Shown one piece after another: positions 50,920-59,236 of a stretch of 64,000 bases of DNA; within the stretch, counting starts at the first letter, position 1, and every line of letters begins with the position of its first letter. The stretch is from Bacillota bacterium (lineage in GTDB: Bacteria > Bacillota > Clostridia > Oscillospirales > Oscillospiraceae). The stretch spans positions 4,673-68,672 of the forward strand of contig JAQXIT010000103.1 in the NCBI GenBank assembly GCA_029007925.1, written 5' to 3'. Below the pieces are notes generated by a model that ran no database searches, was not told the DNA's origin, and was given only the letters and a program-made list of their open reading frames with translations. Position numbers and translations under genes: made by a program.

Positions 50920-52011
50920 TTGGGAAAGATCAAAGCGTTCCTGCAAAAGAAGGACATCATTATCTCCGGCAAGCGGTACGGCATTGACGCACTCGGTGCC
51001 ATGGCTCAGGGCTTATTCTGCACCCTCCTGGTCGGTACCATCCTGAATACCGTCGGTCAGCAGCTCCATATCGGCTTTCTGACAACCGCCATTGTGACGC
51101 TGGGAAAGGGCGAGGGCGCCGTGTCCTATACCATCGGCGGTCTGGCCTCGGCTATGGTTGGCCCCGGCATTGCCATTGCCATCGGCTTCGCTCTGCACTG
51201 CGCGCCGCTGGTGCTGTTTTCTCTGATCCCTGTGGGCTTTGCGGCCAATGCCATGGGCGGAGCCGGCGGCCCGCTGGCGGTGTACGTAGTGGCCATCGTG
51301 GCCTCCGAATTCGGCAAGCTGGTGTCCAAGGAGACAAAAATCGACATTCTGGTAACCCCCATCGTCACCATTCTGGTGGGAATCGGCCTGTCCGTACTGG
51401 TGGCGGCTCCCATCGGTGCCGCGGCCAGCGCCGTGGGCAACGCGGTCAAGTGGGCCACGCTGCAGCAGCCCTTCCTGATGGGCATTCTGGTGTCCGTCAT
51501 CATCGGCCTCGCCCTGACGCTGCCCATCAGCTCCGCCGCCATCTGCGCCGCGCTGAGCCTGACGGGTCTGGCCGGCGGTGCCGCCGTGGCGGGCTGCTGT
51601 GCCCAGATGGTGGGCTTCGCCGTGATGAGCTTCCGGGAAAACCGCTGGGGTGGTCTGGTGGCGCAGGGCATCGGCACCAGCATGCTGCAGATGCCCAACA
51701 TTATCAAGAATCCCAGAATCTGGATCCCGCCCACGCTGGCTTCCGCCATTACCGGCCCGCTGGCCACCTGCCTGTTCCGCCTGGAGATGAACGGCGCGCC
51801 CGTGTCCTCCGGCATGGGTACCTGCGGTCTTGTGGGCCAGATCGGCGTATACACCGGCTGGGTGGAGACCGGCCACGCCATCACCGCCATGGACTGGATC
51901 GGTCTGGTGATGATCTGCTTCCTGCTCCCCGCCGTGCTGAGCTGGGGATTCTGCTGGATTCTCCGCAAATGGGGCTGGATCAAGGAAAACGACCTGAAGC
52001 TGGATCTGTAA
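50920..52011 (+). CDS. PTS EIIC-like / PfoR-family membrane protein
   Basis: MAQGLF, LPISSAA, GIGTSMLQ, SGMGT.GLVG; multi-TM; TTG start. Confidence 0.85.
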   Translation: MGKIKAFLQKKDIIISGKRYGIDALGAMAQGLFCTLLVGTILNTVGQQLHIGFLTTAIVTLGKGEGAVSYTIGGLASAMVGPGIAIAIGFALHCAPLVLFSLIPVGFAANAMGGAGGPLAVYVVAIVASEFGKLVSKETKIDILVTPIVTILVGIGLSVLVAAPIGAAASAVGNAVKWATLQQPFLMGILVSVIIGLALTLPISSAAICAALSLTGLAGGAAVAGCCAQMVGFAVMSFRENRWGGLVAQGIGTSMLQMPNIIKNPRIWIPPTLASAITGPLATCLFRLEMNGAPVSSGMGTCGLVGQIGVYTGWVETGHAITAMDWIGLVMICFLLPAVLSWGFCWILRKWGWIKENDLKLDL

Positions 52012-52014
52012 AAC

Positions 52015-52049
52015 AAACGGACGCATCCCAATGGATGCGCCCGTTTTTT
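52015..52049. terminator. Terminator between convergent genes
   Basis: AAACGGACGCATCC-CAAT-GGATGCGCCCGTTT plus T run. Confidence 0.75.
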
Positions 52050-52053
52050 GCGA

Positions 52054-53076
52054 TCAGATGTATTGAACCGAAATCTCTCCGAAGCTGACGCTGGCTTGAA
52101 GCCGGATGGTGGCAGCGGGGGAGGGATCCGGCGTGCCGCTGACGGACAGCGACGCGAAAGCGGTGCTGGAATCGGGATCGACCCGGCAGTTCCGGGGCAC
52201 CATCAGGATCAGTTCACCGAAGGAACAGTTCGCCTCCAGCTCGCAGCCGTCGGCGATTTCTTCGCATCCGGTGAGATCCACCGTCAGTTCGCCGAAAGAA
52301 CAACTGATCTCACCGCCGGCCAGCCGTGGGATCTCCACCAGGTGACGGTTCTCCCCGAAGGCGAGACTGCATTCGAAACGATCGCCCATCTCCTGATAGT
52401 GGCTGTTGCGCTCCCGCTTGCCGGAAGTCTTGCCGTTGTGAGTGACGGTGAATTTTGGCTTTCTCGGCTTGCGCAGGGCGTCCACCAGCAGGCTGATGCC
52501 GAACAGCACCAGAATCACGGGGAACACCAGCTTGCCGCCGAACTCCAGTTGCCAGATGCCCAGATTGGCAATCAGGAAGTAGCCGCCGAACAGCGTGCAG
52601 CCCAGACTGAAGAAGGTAAATTTCCTCAGCAGTCCAAATACACCGAACACCAGCAGCGCAGAGGGCCACAGAATGCCCCAGAAGCTGACGTCCCACTGCA
52701 GGAAAGCGTTGGCCAGCGCCAGAACGCCCACCAGCAGCACCCAAATGCCGAAGGCGATCCCGCCCCGATTGCCGCCGTCCCACTTGAATTCATAGTCACC
52801 GGACTGAAAATGCAGACCGTCCTGTTCCTTGCGGTCATCTTCCCCGACGATCTCCGCCTGATGTACGGTCTGGGATTCCCGGCCCAGCAGCTCGTCGGTG
52901 GAGATTCCGAAAATCTCCGCCAGCCTGGGCAGCATGGTGATGTCCGGGCAGGACTGATCGTTTTCCCACTTGCTGACGGCCTGGGCGGTGACTCCCAGCT
53001 GCTCGGCAAGCTGATCCTGGGTCAGACCCAGACGCTTGCGGTTGGCCATGATCCGTTTGCCCATTGTTTGCTCCAT
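52054..53076 (-). CDS. XRE-HTH + 4-TM + LiaF-like C-terminal domain fusion
   Basis: LTQDQLAEQLGVTAQAVSKWE..PD HTH; WP-containing TM segments; repeated SFGE beta units; GAGGAGG RBS. Confidence 0.85.
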   Translation of the reverse strand: MEQTMGKRIMANRKRLGLTQDQLAEQLGVTAQAVSKWENDQSCPDITMLPRLAEIFGISTDELLGRESQTVHQAEIVGEDDRKEQDGLHFQSGDYEFKWDGGNRGGIAFGIWVLLVGVLALANAFLQWDVSFWGILWPSALLVFGVFGLLRKFTFFSLGCTLFGGYFLIANLGIWQLEFGGKLVFPVILVLFGISLLVDALRKPRKPKFTVTHNGKTSGKRERNSHYQEMGDRFECSLAFGENRHLVEIPRLAGGEISCSFGELTVDLTGCEEIADGCELEANCSFGELILMVPRNCRVDPDSSTAFASLSVSGTPDPSPAATIRLQASVSFGEISVQYI

Positions 53077-53137
53077 AGTGATTTCCTCCTCTTGTTTCAT
53101 CTGAGAATATCATGCCATAAATCTCCGGAAAAAGCTA

Positions 53138-53206
53138 TCAATTATTCGTTAATTTCCATATTTTTCTGAATCAACGGTGGGTTGAGCGGAATCAACCGAC
53201 GGTTGC
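53138..53206. promoter_or_regulatory. Three TCAAY-N5-GTTR palindromic sites
   Basis: TCAATtattcGTTAA (53138), TCAACggtggGTTGA (53171), TCAACcgacgGTTGC (53192). Confidence 0.65.
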
Positions 53207-53301
53207 GCGCGGTTTTCCTTGCATTTGCGGCCGAATTGCGGTATGATATGGAAAAATCAGAAGCGCCGCGGACTGCCGTGGCCGGGATCGGAGAGAAGAA
53301 T

Positions 53302-53778
53302 ATGGAGAAGATCGCAAGCTTTACCGTGGATCATCTGCGGCTGCAGCCGGGGCTGTATGTGTCCCGGAAGGATCGGGTGGGGGCGGAAACCGTCACCACC
53401 TTTGACCTGCGGCTGACCAGCCCCAACGAGGAGCCGGTAATGAACACCGCGGAGGTGCATACCATCGAGCATCTGGCGGCAACCTATCTGCGCAACGCGG
53501 CGGGCTGGAAGGAACGGGTGCTGTATTTCGGTCCCATGGGCTGCCGCACCGGCTTTTATCTGCTGCTGGCCGGGGACTGGGAGCCGGAGGACGTGGTGCC
53601 GCTGGTGCGAGACTGCTTCCGGTTCATCGCGGATTACCGGGGGGAGATCCCCGGCGCCAGCCCCAGGGACTGCGGCAATTATCTGGACATGAATCTGCCT
53701 ATGGCAAATTACTGGGGCCGGCGGTATGCCGGGCTGCTGAGCAATATGGGCCGGGACCGGATGGTCTACCCGGAGTGA
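53302..53778 (+). CDS. luxS: S-ribosylhomocysteine lyase
   Basis: SF.VDH, HTIEH, GPMGCRTGFY, CGNY; TTGCAT-17-TATGAT promoter at 53219-53247. Confidence 0.96.
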   Translation: MEKIASFTVDHLRLQPGLYVSRKDRVGAETVTTFDLRLTSPNEEPVMNTAEVHTIEHLAATYLRNAAGWKERVLYFGPMGCRTGFYLLLAGDWEPEDVVPLVRDCFRFIADYRGEIPGASPRDCGNYLDMNLPMANYWGRRYAGLLSNMGRDRMVYPE

Positions 53779-53788
53779 GGAGCGGAAC

Positions 53789-54496
53789 ATGAAACTGGGA
53801 ATTATTGGTGCCATGCGGCAGGAGATTGAGACACTGCTGGAGAAAATGGAAGACAAGACCTTCCGGAACATTGCCGGAAGTGCCTTCTGCGGGGGAAAGC
53901 TGGAGGGATTGGACACCGTGGTGGTTCAGTGCGGCGTAGGCAAGGTCAACGCGGCGCTGTGCGCCCAGATTCTGTGCGACTGCTTCGGCGTGACCCATCT
54001 GGTGAATACCGGTATTGCCGGCTCCCTGTGCGCCGAGCTGGACATCGGGGACCTGGTTGTGAGCCGGGACGCCATGTATCACGATATGGACTGCCATGTC
54101 GTGAATTATCCCGTGGGTCAGGTGCCGGGAATGGACGTTTTGGCCTTTCCTGCGGACGAAATGCTGATCCGCTGCGCCTTTGAGGCGGCGGAGTCGGTGC
54201 ATCCCGGCCACACCCGCGTGGGCCGGGTGGCCAGCGGCGATCAGTTTGTGGCCGATCAGGCGCAGAAGGAAACGATCATCCGGGTGACGAATGGACTCTG
54301 CACGGAGATGGAAGGGGCCGCCATCGCTCACACCGCCTACCGCAACGGGATCCCCTTCGTCATTCTGCGGGCGATTTCCGACAAGGCGGATCACAGCGCG
54401 GAGGTGGACTATCCTACCTTTGAGATGCTGGCTGCCCACCGCTGTGCGGAGGTAACGACGGCCATGGCGCGGCGCCTCCGGGACGCGGAGGGCTGA
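53789..54496 (+). CDS. mtnN: 5'-methylthioadenosine/S-adenosylhomocysteine nucleosidase
   Basis: GIIGAM..E, GVGKVNAA, NTGIAG, SGDQF, EMEGAA, RAISD. Confidence 0.96.
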   Translation: MKLGIIGAMRQEIETLLEKMEDKTFRNIAGSAFCGGKLEGLDTVVVQCGVGKVNAALCAQILCDCFGVTHLVNTGIAGSLCAELDIGDLVVSRDAMYHDMDCHVVNYPVGQVPGMDVLAFPADEMLIRCAFEAAESVHPGHTRVGRVASGDQFVADQAQKETIIRVTNGLCTEMEGAAIAHTAYRNGIPFVILRAISDKADHSAEVDYPTFEMLAAHRCAEVTTAMARRLRDAEG

Positions 54497-54523
54497 GCGG
54501 CGGCTTACAGCAATGACGGAATT

Positions 54524-54555
54524 CGGGGACGCAAGCGTTGCGTCCCCGCCTTTTT
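54524..54555 (+). terminator. luxS-mtnN terminator
   Basis: CGGGGACGCAA-GCG-TTGCGTCCCCG plus T run. Confidence 0.8.
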
Positions 54556-54662
54556 GTGCCGTTTTGTTGAAGGAAAACCCCGGATTCCCCGGTTTCTTGA
54601 CATTTTTTACAAATTATGCTATCATATGCAAAAACCATCTCTTACGGAACAGGAGAATCATT

Positions 54663-56987
54663 ATGAAACCCTTCGCAAGACTTCTTGCTGTGATCCTGTG
54701 CGTGGGCATCGTACTGTCCGCGGCGGGCTGCAGCGGATCGCCGCCGGAGGACACCGCACCCACCGAAGCCACCCTTTCGGTATCCGACGCGGTGGCACTG
54801 TATTCGGCGGCAAGGGATGCCGCCCGGAAGGCCTCAGAGCTGTCCCTTAGTATGGAATACACAAAAAGCTGCACCTTCGGTGGCGAAACCTATACGGAGA
54901 GCGGATCCGGCAGCCTGACCTATACCGGCTTCGGAACCGGAAATATGAAGGCTTTGCTGGAGCAGAAGCTGTCCTTCGGCACCTATGAGAACCAATATTG
55001 GGAGTTTTTCACCGGAAACGCCGCCTACTGCCGGGTGAATAACCGCACCTTCACGTCGGAAATGACCGAAGCCGAGTTTCTGTCGCGGCAGTTCCCGGCC
55101 GCGCTGCCGGATCCCGGTCTGTATGCCGGGACCGCGGCATCCGTTCAGGATGGGATTACCATCATCACCTTCTCGTCACCCACCGCGCCGGAGGAATGGA
55201 TCCAAGGGGATCCGGAGCTCACACTCCTTTCCGCCGAGGGAACCGCGGAGCTGGATGAAGCGGGGACGCTGCTTCGCTCCGGGTATCAGGCGCGGTACCA
55301 GCGCGGCACCGCCGAGTTTTCTCTGGCGGTAACGGTGTCTATCGCACCGGAGGAAACGCCGGATCCGGCTGCCCGTATGCCTGTGATCCCCGAGAACTGC
55401 ACCCGACTGTCGTATTTTGACACGCCCCGGCTGCTGCTGCAGACGGTGGGGAATATCTATTCCGCAGAGGCCATAACCGCTTCCTCCAACGAAACGGTGT
55501 ACAGCGAGCTGCTGTCGGTGATCCGTGTTCAGACGGACACCGTGGATACCTGGGGCTCCGGCGCGGACTTTATGGCCAAAGCCGTCAGCGAAGTGGGGCT
55601 GACCAATTATACCAATACCACCACCACCAATTCCCAGGTTACCCAATTCCGGAACGGTAGAGGCACCTGTGCTGTCAACGGAGCCGAGCCGGCGGAGCTG
55701 CCGGACGCCACCGGAGAAAGCATCCGGCAAAGCTGCGAGGACGTGATTCTGAGGGCGCTGATGCCCCTGGACGCGCTGGCGGAGGCCGAGGTGAAGGATA
55801 CAGGGGATTTCCTGTGTGTGACCTTCACGGGAACCGAGAATTTTGCGGACAGCCTGTGCCGCGGGGTATACGGCATTTTCCAGATAGATATGGACAGCTA
55901 CTCCAGCTCCCATACCACCGAAAGCGTTGGCGGCTATCTGTGCGTCAGCAAGAGCACCGCTCTGCCTACATCCCTGGGGGTCAACGTGGTGAGGAACCAT
56001 GTGGCCGACGGCATTACCTATCGCCTGGAGTACACCCTGGATCTTACCGTCCGGCTGTCCAGCTCCACCGCTTACCAAACCATCACCGGAGAGCGGCAGG
56101 CGGAAACGCAGCCGGAGAACACCGCCACACCCCTGTTTTACCGCGTCACCGATGGAAAAGGCGGAAGTATGTGGCTGCTGGGCACCGTCCATGTGGGAGA
56201 CGTGAGAACCGGCTTCCTGCCGGAGGAGATTTACGATGCCCTGGACGGTTCCGCCGCGCTGGCTGTGGAGTACTCCGACGATGCCTTTGAGGAGGCGGTG
56301 GCCTCCGACCAAGCCCTTGCGCTGCAGCTTGTGAAGGCGTTTTTCTATCTGGACGGGACGCAGCTGGCGGATCACATCGACGCAGATCTGCTGGAACGGG
56401 TGGAGCCCCTGATGCTGGCCAGTGGCATGGCCGGCGGAACGGCTTCCTGCTACCGGGCGGTGATTTGGTGGAACCTGCTGAGTGAATTCTTCCGGGAGCA
56501 GGACGGGACGCTGACCTCGGCCAAGGGCGTGGATCAGCGGCTGCTGGAGCTGGCACAGGAGAAGGGCAAGAAGATCCTGGAGATTGAATCCGGTCTCTCC
56601 CAGATCCGGATGCTGGCGGACTTCTCGGAGCCGCTGCAGGCAATGCTGCTGTCCAAGCTGGTGGATGCCGGAGCTGCGGAATACTGCCGGGGTGTTCGGG
56701 AGCTGTACGAGCTTTGGTGCCGGGGAGACGAGGCGGCGCTGATGGCAGCGCTGTATCCGGACGAAAGCGGCCTCTCCCAGGAGGAAACGGCGCTGACGGA
56801 GGAATACGATCAGGCCATGTTCTCCGACCGCAACGCCCGGATGCTGGAGGCTGCCAGAACATATCTGAACAGCGGTGAGACGGTGTTCTATGCCGCGGGG
56901 CTTGCCCACCTGCTGGGGGAGGGCGGCTTGATTGCCCAGCTTCGTGACGCCGGGTTCACTGTGGAGCAAGTTGTGTTCACGGAATGA
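54663..56987 (+). CDS. Large lipoprotein with C-terminal TraB/GumN (TIKI-like) domain
   Basis: AAGC lipobox; LLGTVH, AVE, GVD, RN and GLAH motifs in the C-terminal ~290 aa. Confidence 0.85.
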   Translation: MKPFARLLAVILCVGIVLSAAGCSGSPPEDTAPTEATLSVSDAVALYSAARDAARKASELSLSMEYTKSCTFGGETYTESGSGSLTYTGFGTGNMKALLEQKLSFGTYENQYWEFFTGNAAYCRVNNRTFTSEMTEAEFLSRQFPAALPDPGLYAGTAASVQDGITIITFSSPTAPEEWIQGDPELTLLSAEGTAELDEAGTLLRSGYQARYQRGTAEFSLAVTVSIAPEETPDPAARMPVIPENCTRLSYFDTPRLLLQTVGNIYSAEAITASSNETVYSELLSVIRVQTDTVDTWGSGADFMAKAVSEVGLTNYTNTTTTNSQVTQFRNGRGTCAVNGAEPAELPDATGESIRQSCEDVILRALMPLDALAEAEVKDTGDFLCVTFTGTENFADSLCRGVYGIFQIDMDSYSSSHTTESVGGYLCVSKSTALPTSLGVNVVRNHVADGITYRLEYTLDLTVRLSSSTAYQTITGERQAETQPENTATPLFYRVTDGKGGSMWLLGTVHVGDVRTGFLPEEIYDALDGSAALAVEYSDDAFEEAVASDQALALQLVKAFFYLDGTQLADHIDADLLERVEPLMLASGMAGGTASCYRAVIWWNLLSEFFREQDGTLTSAKGVDQRLLELAQEKGKKILEIESGLSQIRMLADFSEPLQAMLLSKLVDAGAAEYCRGVRELYELWCRGDEAALMAALYPDESGLSQEETALTEEYDQAMFSDRNARMLEAARTYLNSGETVFYAAGLAHLLGEGGLIAQLRDAGFTVEQVVFTE

Positions 56988-56994
56988 CGGTTTT

Positions 56995-57024
56995 ATCCGC
57001 CTGTGCCGACCGGTACAGGCGGAT
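56995..57024 (+). terminator. Hairpin after the TraB/GumN gene
   Basis: ATCCGCCTGTGCC-GACC-GGTACAGGCGGAT. Confidence 0.65.
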
Positions 57025-57087
57025 TTCATAAAAAGCGAAAAAAAGTGTTGACAAATGGAAAAAGAATGCTATAATACTTCTTGTTCC

Positions 57088-57163
57088 GCGGGTGTAGCTC
57101 ATCTGGTAGAGCGCCACCTTGCCAAGGTGGAGGTAGCGAGTTCGAGCCTCGTCACCCGCTCCA
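57088..57163 (+). tRNA. tRNA-Gly (GCC)
   Basis: Cloverleaf with anticodon loop TTGCCAA, GTTCGAG T-loop, encoded CCA; TTGACA-16-TATAAT at 57048-57075. Confidence 0.97.
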
Positions 57164-57166
57164 GAA

Positions 57167-57209
57167 AAAACCTCTTTTGCCGGTTGGCAAAAGAGGTTTT
57201 CTTTTTTTT
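57167..57209 (+). terminator. tRNA-Gly terminator
   Basis: AAAACCTCTTTTGCC-GGTT-GGCAAAAGAGGTTTT plus T run. Confidence 0.9.
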
Positions 57210-57338
57210 GAAACATATCATTGCGTCAGCTTGGCACATGGGAACACAAGAAGTTGGATCCTCGCCGCGGCGCTTCCGCCAGTGTTGGCTTTTGCATTTT
57301 TTTCGCGATTATGCGGGAAATGCGATTCCGAAATCCGA

Positions 57339-59183
57339 CTAAAATCTCTGCTCCATGTAGTAAAATCCGTAGGCGGGAACCGTCAGATCTTGCAGGGTGT
57401 ATGATTCACCGGTGAGCATTTCCGTGAACACACCCCGGTCATAGGGGAGGGTAACCCGCTTGTCCCACTCGGTAAAGTTGAATATGCCGATGATTTTCTG
57501 TCCCTCAGCGTAGCGGCCGATGGACAGGAGCCCGTCGTCACCGGTGTCCAGCGTCCAGATATCCGCGGACGGGGAAAACGCGGGACTGTGCCTGCGAATC
57601 TCGTTCAGCGTCTGCAATCCCCGGAAAATCCGACCCTCCGGCGCCGACGGATCCTCCCGGCGCTGCGCCAGATCCCAGCGCATTTTTCCCCGGTGGAGAT
57701 AGCGGCTGTCCGCGGCTTTGTCGGGATCCGCCTTGTAGGAGTAGTCGTTTGTTTGCGCGATCTCATCGCCGCTGAAAAGCATGGGAATGCCGCTTTGCAG
57801 GAACATCATGGCGTGCAGCGTCAGGTCAAACCGAAGGGCGCGGTCCAGCGCGGAGGCATCCCCCTCAGCGGCGGCTTTTTCCACTCCGCAGAGGCTGGCG
57901 GTGGTGCCGCAGAAACGGGCATCGCCGGTCACGGGATCGTCGTTGTACAGCTCGCCGCGGCTGTTGCTGCCGCCCGTCAGGCCGAGGAAATAGTCGTTGA
58001 GATACTTTTTGTGGGGGATCTCTTCCATCCCAAAGGATCGAAGGGTGCCGTAATCCAGTCCCCAGCCGATGTCGTCGTGGCAGCGCAGGTAGTTCAGGAA
58101 GGTGTACTGCCTGGGCAGGCTGTTCACGCTGTCCAACTGCTTGCGCAGCAGGCGGGTATCCCGGGTGGCCACGGTGTGCCAGGTGGTGCACATGGTGGTC
58201 ACATTGTACAGCAGGTGGCACTCCGGCTTGTCCACCGTGCCGAAGTAGGGCACCACCTTCACCGGCTCCATCACGACCTCGCCCAGCAGAATTACGCTGG
58301 GGCAGACAATCTCGCCGATCATACGCATCATACGGACGATGGTGTGAACCTGAGGCAGATTGCGGCAGCCGGTGCCCAACTGCTTCCAGATGTACGGTAC
58401 GGCGTCAATGCGGATAATATCCATACCCCGGTTGGCCAGGAACAGGAAATTCCCCATCATTTCGTTGAATACTCTGGGGTTTCGGTAGTTCAGATCCCAC
58501 TGGTAGGGGTAAAAGGTGGTCATGACATACTGCCCGCAGTCTTCCAGCCAGGTGAAGTTGCCCGGCGCGGTGGTGGGGAACACCTGGGGCACGGTTTTTT
58601 CGTATTCCGCGGGGATGGCCGGATCCGTATAGAAGAAGTAGCGGTTCCGGTACTCCTGTTCGCCCCTCCGGGCGCGTTTGGCCCACTCGTGATCCTCGCT
58701 GGTGTGGTTCATCACAAAGTCCATACAGACCTGAATTCCCTTGGCATGGCAGGCGGCGGTCAGGGATTCCAGATCCGCCATGGTGCCAAGATCGGGCCGC
58801 ACGGTGCGGAAATCCGAGACGGCATAGCCGCCGTCACTGCGCTCCGGCACCGTGTTCAGGAACGGCATCAGGTGCAGGCAGTTGACGCCCAGCTCCGTGA
58901 AATACGGCAGATTGCCGCGCACGCCCTTCAGATTGCCGCCGAAATTGTCGATGTACAGCATCATGCCCACCAGCTCCTGGGACTGATACCAGCCGGGATC
59001 CGCCTCCCGCAGGAGGTCGCGGGCTTTCAGGGCATCCCCCCGGGCCTCAGCGAAGCGGTGCAGATCGGCGCAAAGCTGGTCAAACATCCCTTCGTCGTTG
59101 TATAACTCCATATACAGCCAGCGCAGCTCGTCCATGTGGCGGGTCAGACGCCGGCGGAAAATCGTTTCGTCTTGAATCGTCAT
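57339..59183 (-). CDS. GH13 amylosucrase/sucrose hydrolase-like protein
   Basis: LHLMPF, SDGGYAV, DFVMNHTS, FYPYQWDLN, RIDAV (nucleophile), GE (acid/base), RCHDD. Confidence 0.88.
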   Translation of the reverse strand: MTIQDETIFRRRLTRHMDELRWLYMELYNDEGMFDQLCADLHRFAEARGDALKARDLLREADPGWYQSQELVGMMLYIDNFGGNLKGVRGNLPYFTELGVNCLHLMPFLNTVPERSDGGYAVSDFRTVRPDLGTMADLESLTAACHAKGIQVCMDFVMNHTSEDHEWAKRARRGEQEYRNRYFFYTDPAIPAEYEKTVPQVFPTTAPGNFTWLEDCGQYVMTTFYPYQWDLNYRNPRVFNEMMGNFLFLANRGMDIIRIDAVPYIWKQLGTGCRNLPQVHTIVRMMRMIGEIVCPSVILLGEVVMEPVKVVPYFGTVDKPECHLLYNVTTMCTTWHTVATRDTRLLRKQLDSVNSLPRQYTFLNYLRCHDDIGWGLDYGTLRSFGMEEIPHKKYLNDYFLGLTGGSNSRGELYNDDPVTGDARFCGTTASLCGVEKAAAEGDASALDRALRFDLTLHAMMFLQSGIPMLFSGDEIAQTNDYSYKADPDKAADSRYLHRGKMRWDLAQRREDPSAPEGRIFRGLQTLNEIRRHSPAFSPSADIWTLDTGDDGLLSIGRYAEGQKIIGIFNFTEWDKRVTLPYDRGVFTEMLTGESYTLQDLTVPAYGFYYMEQRF

Positions 59184-59236
59184 AGTTTTCCCTCTTCCAT
59201 CGGAAAGGCGCTGTCTGGGACAGCGCCTGTTTTCCG

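Noticed and set aside
57210-57338. Unexplained ~130 bp downstream of tRNA-Gly (possible att site or gene remnant)
   Set aside because: No duplicated tRNA 3' end, no integrase, and no convincing ORF or structure.
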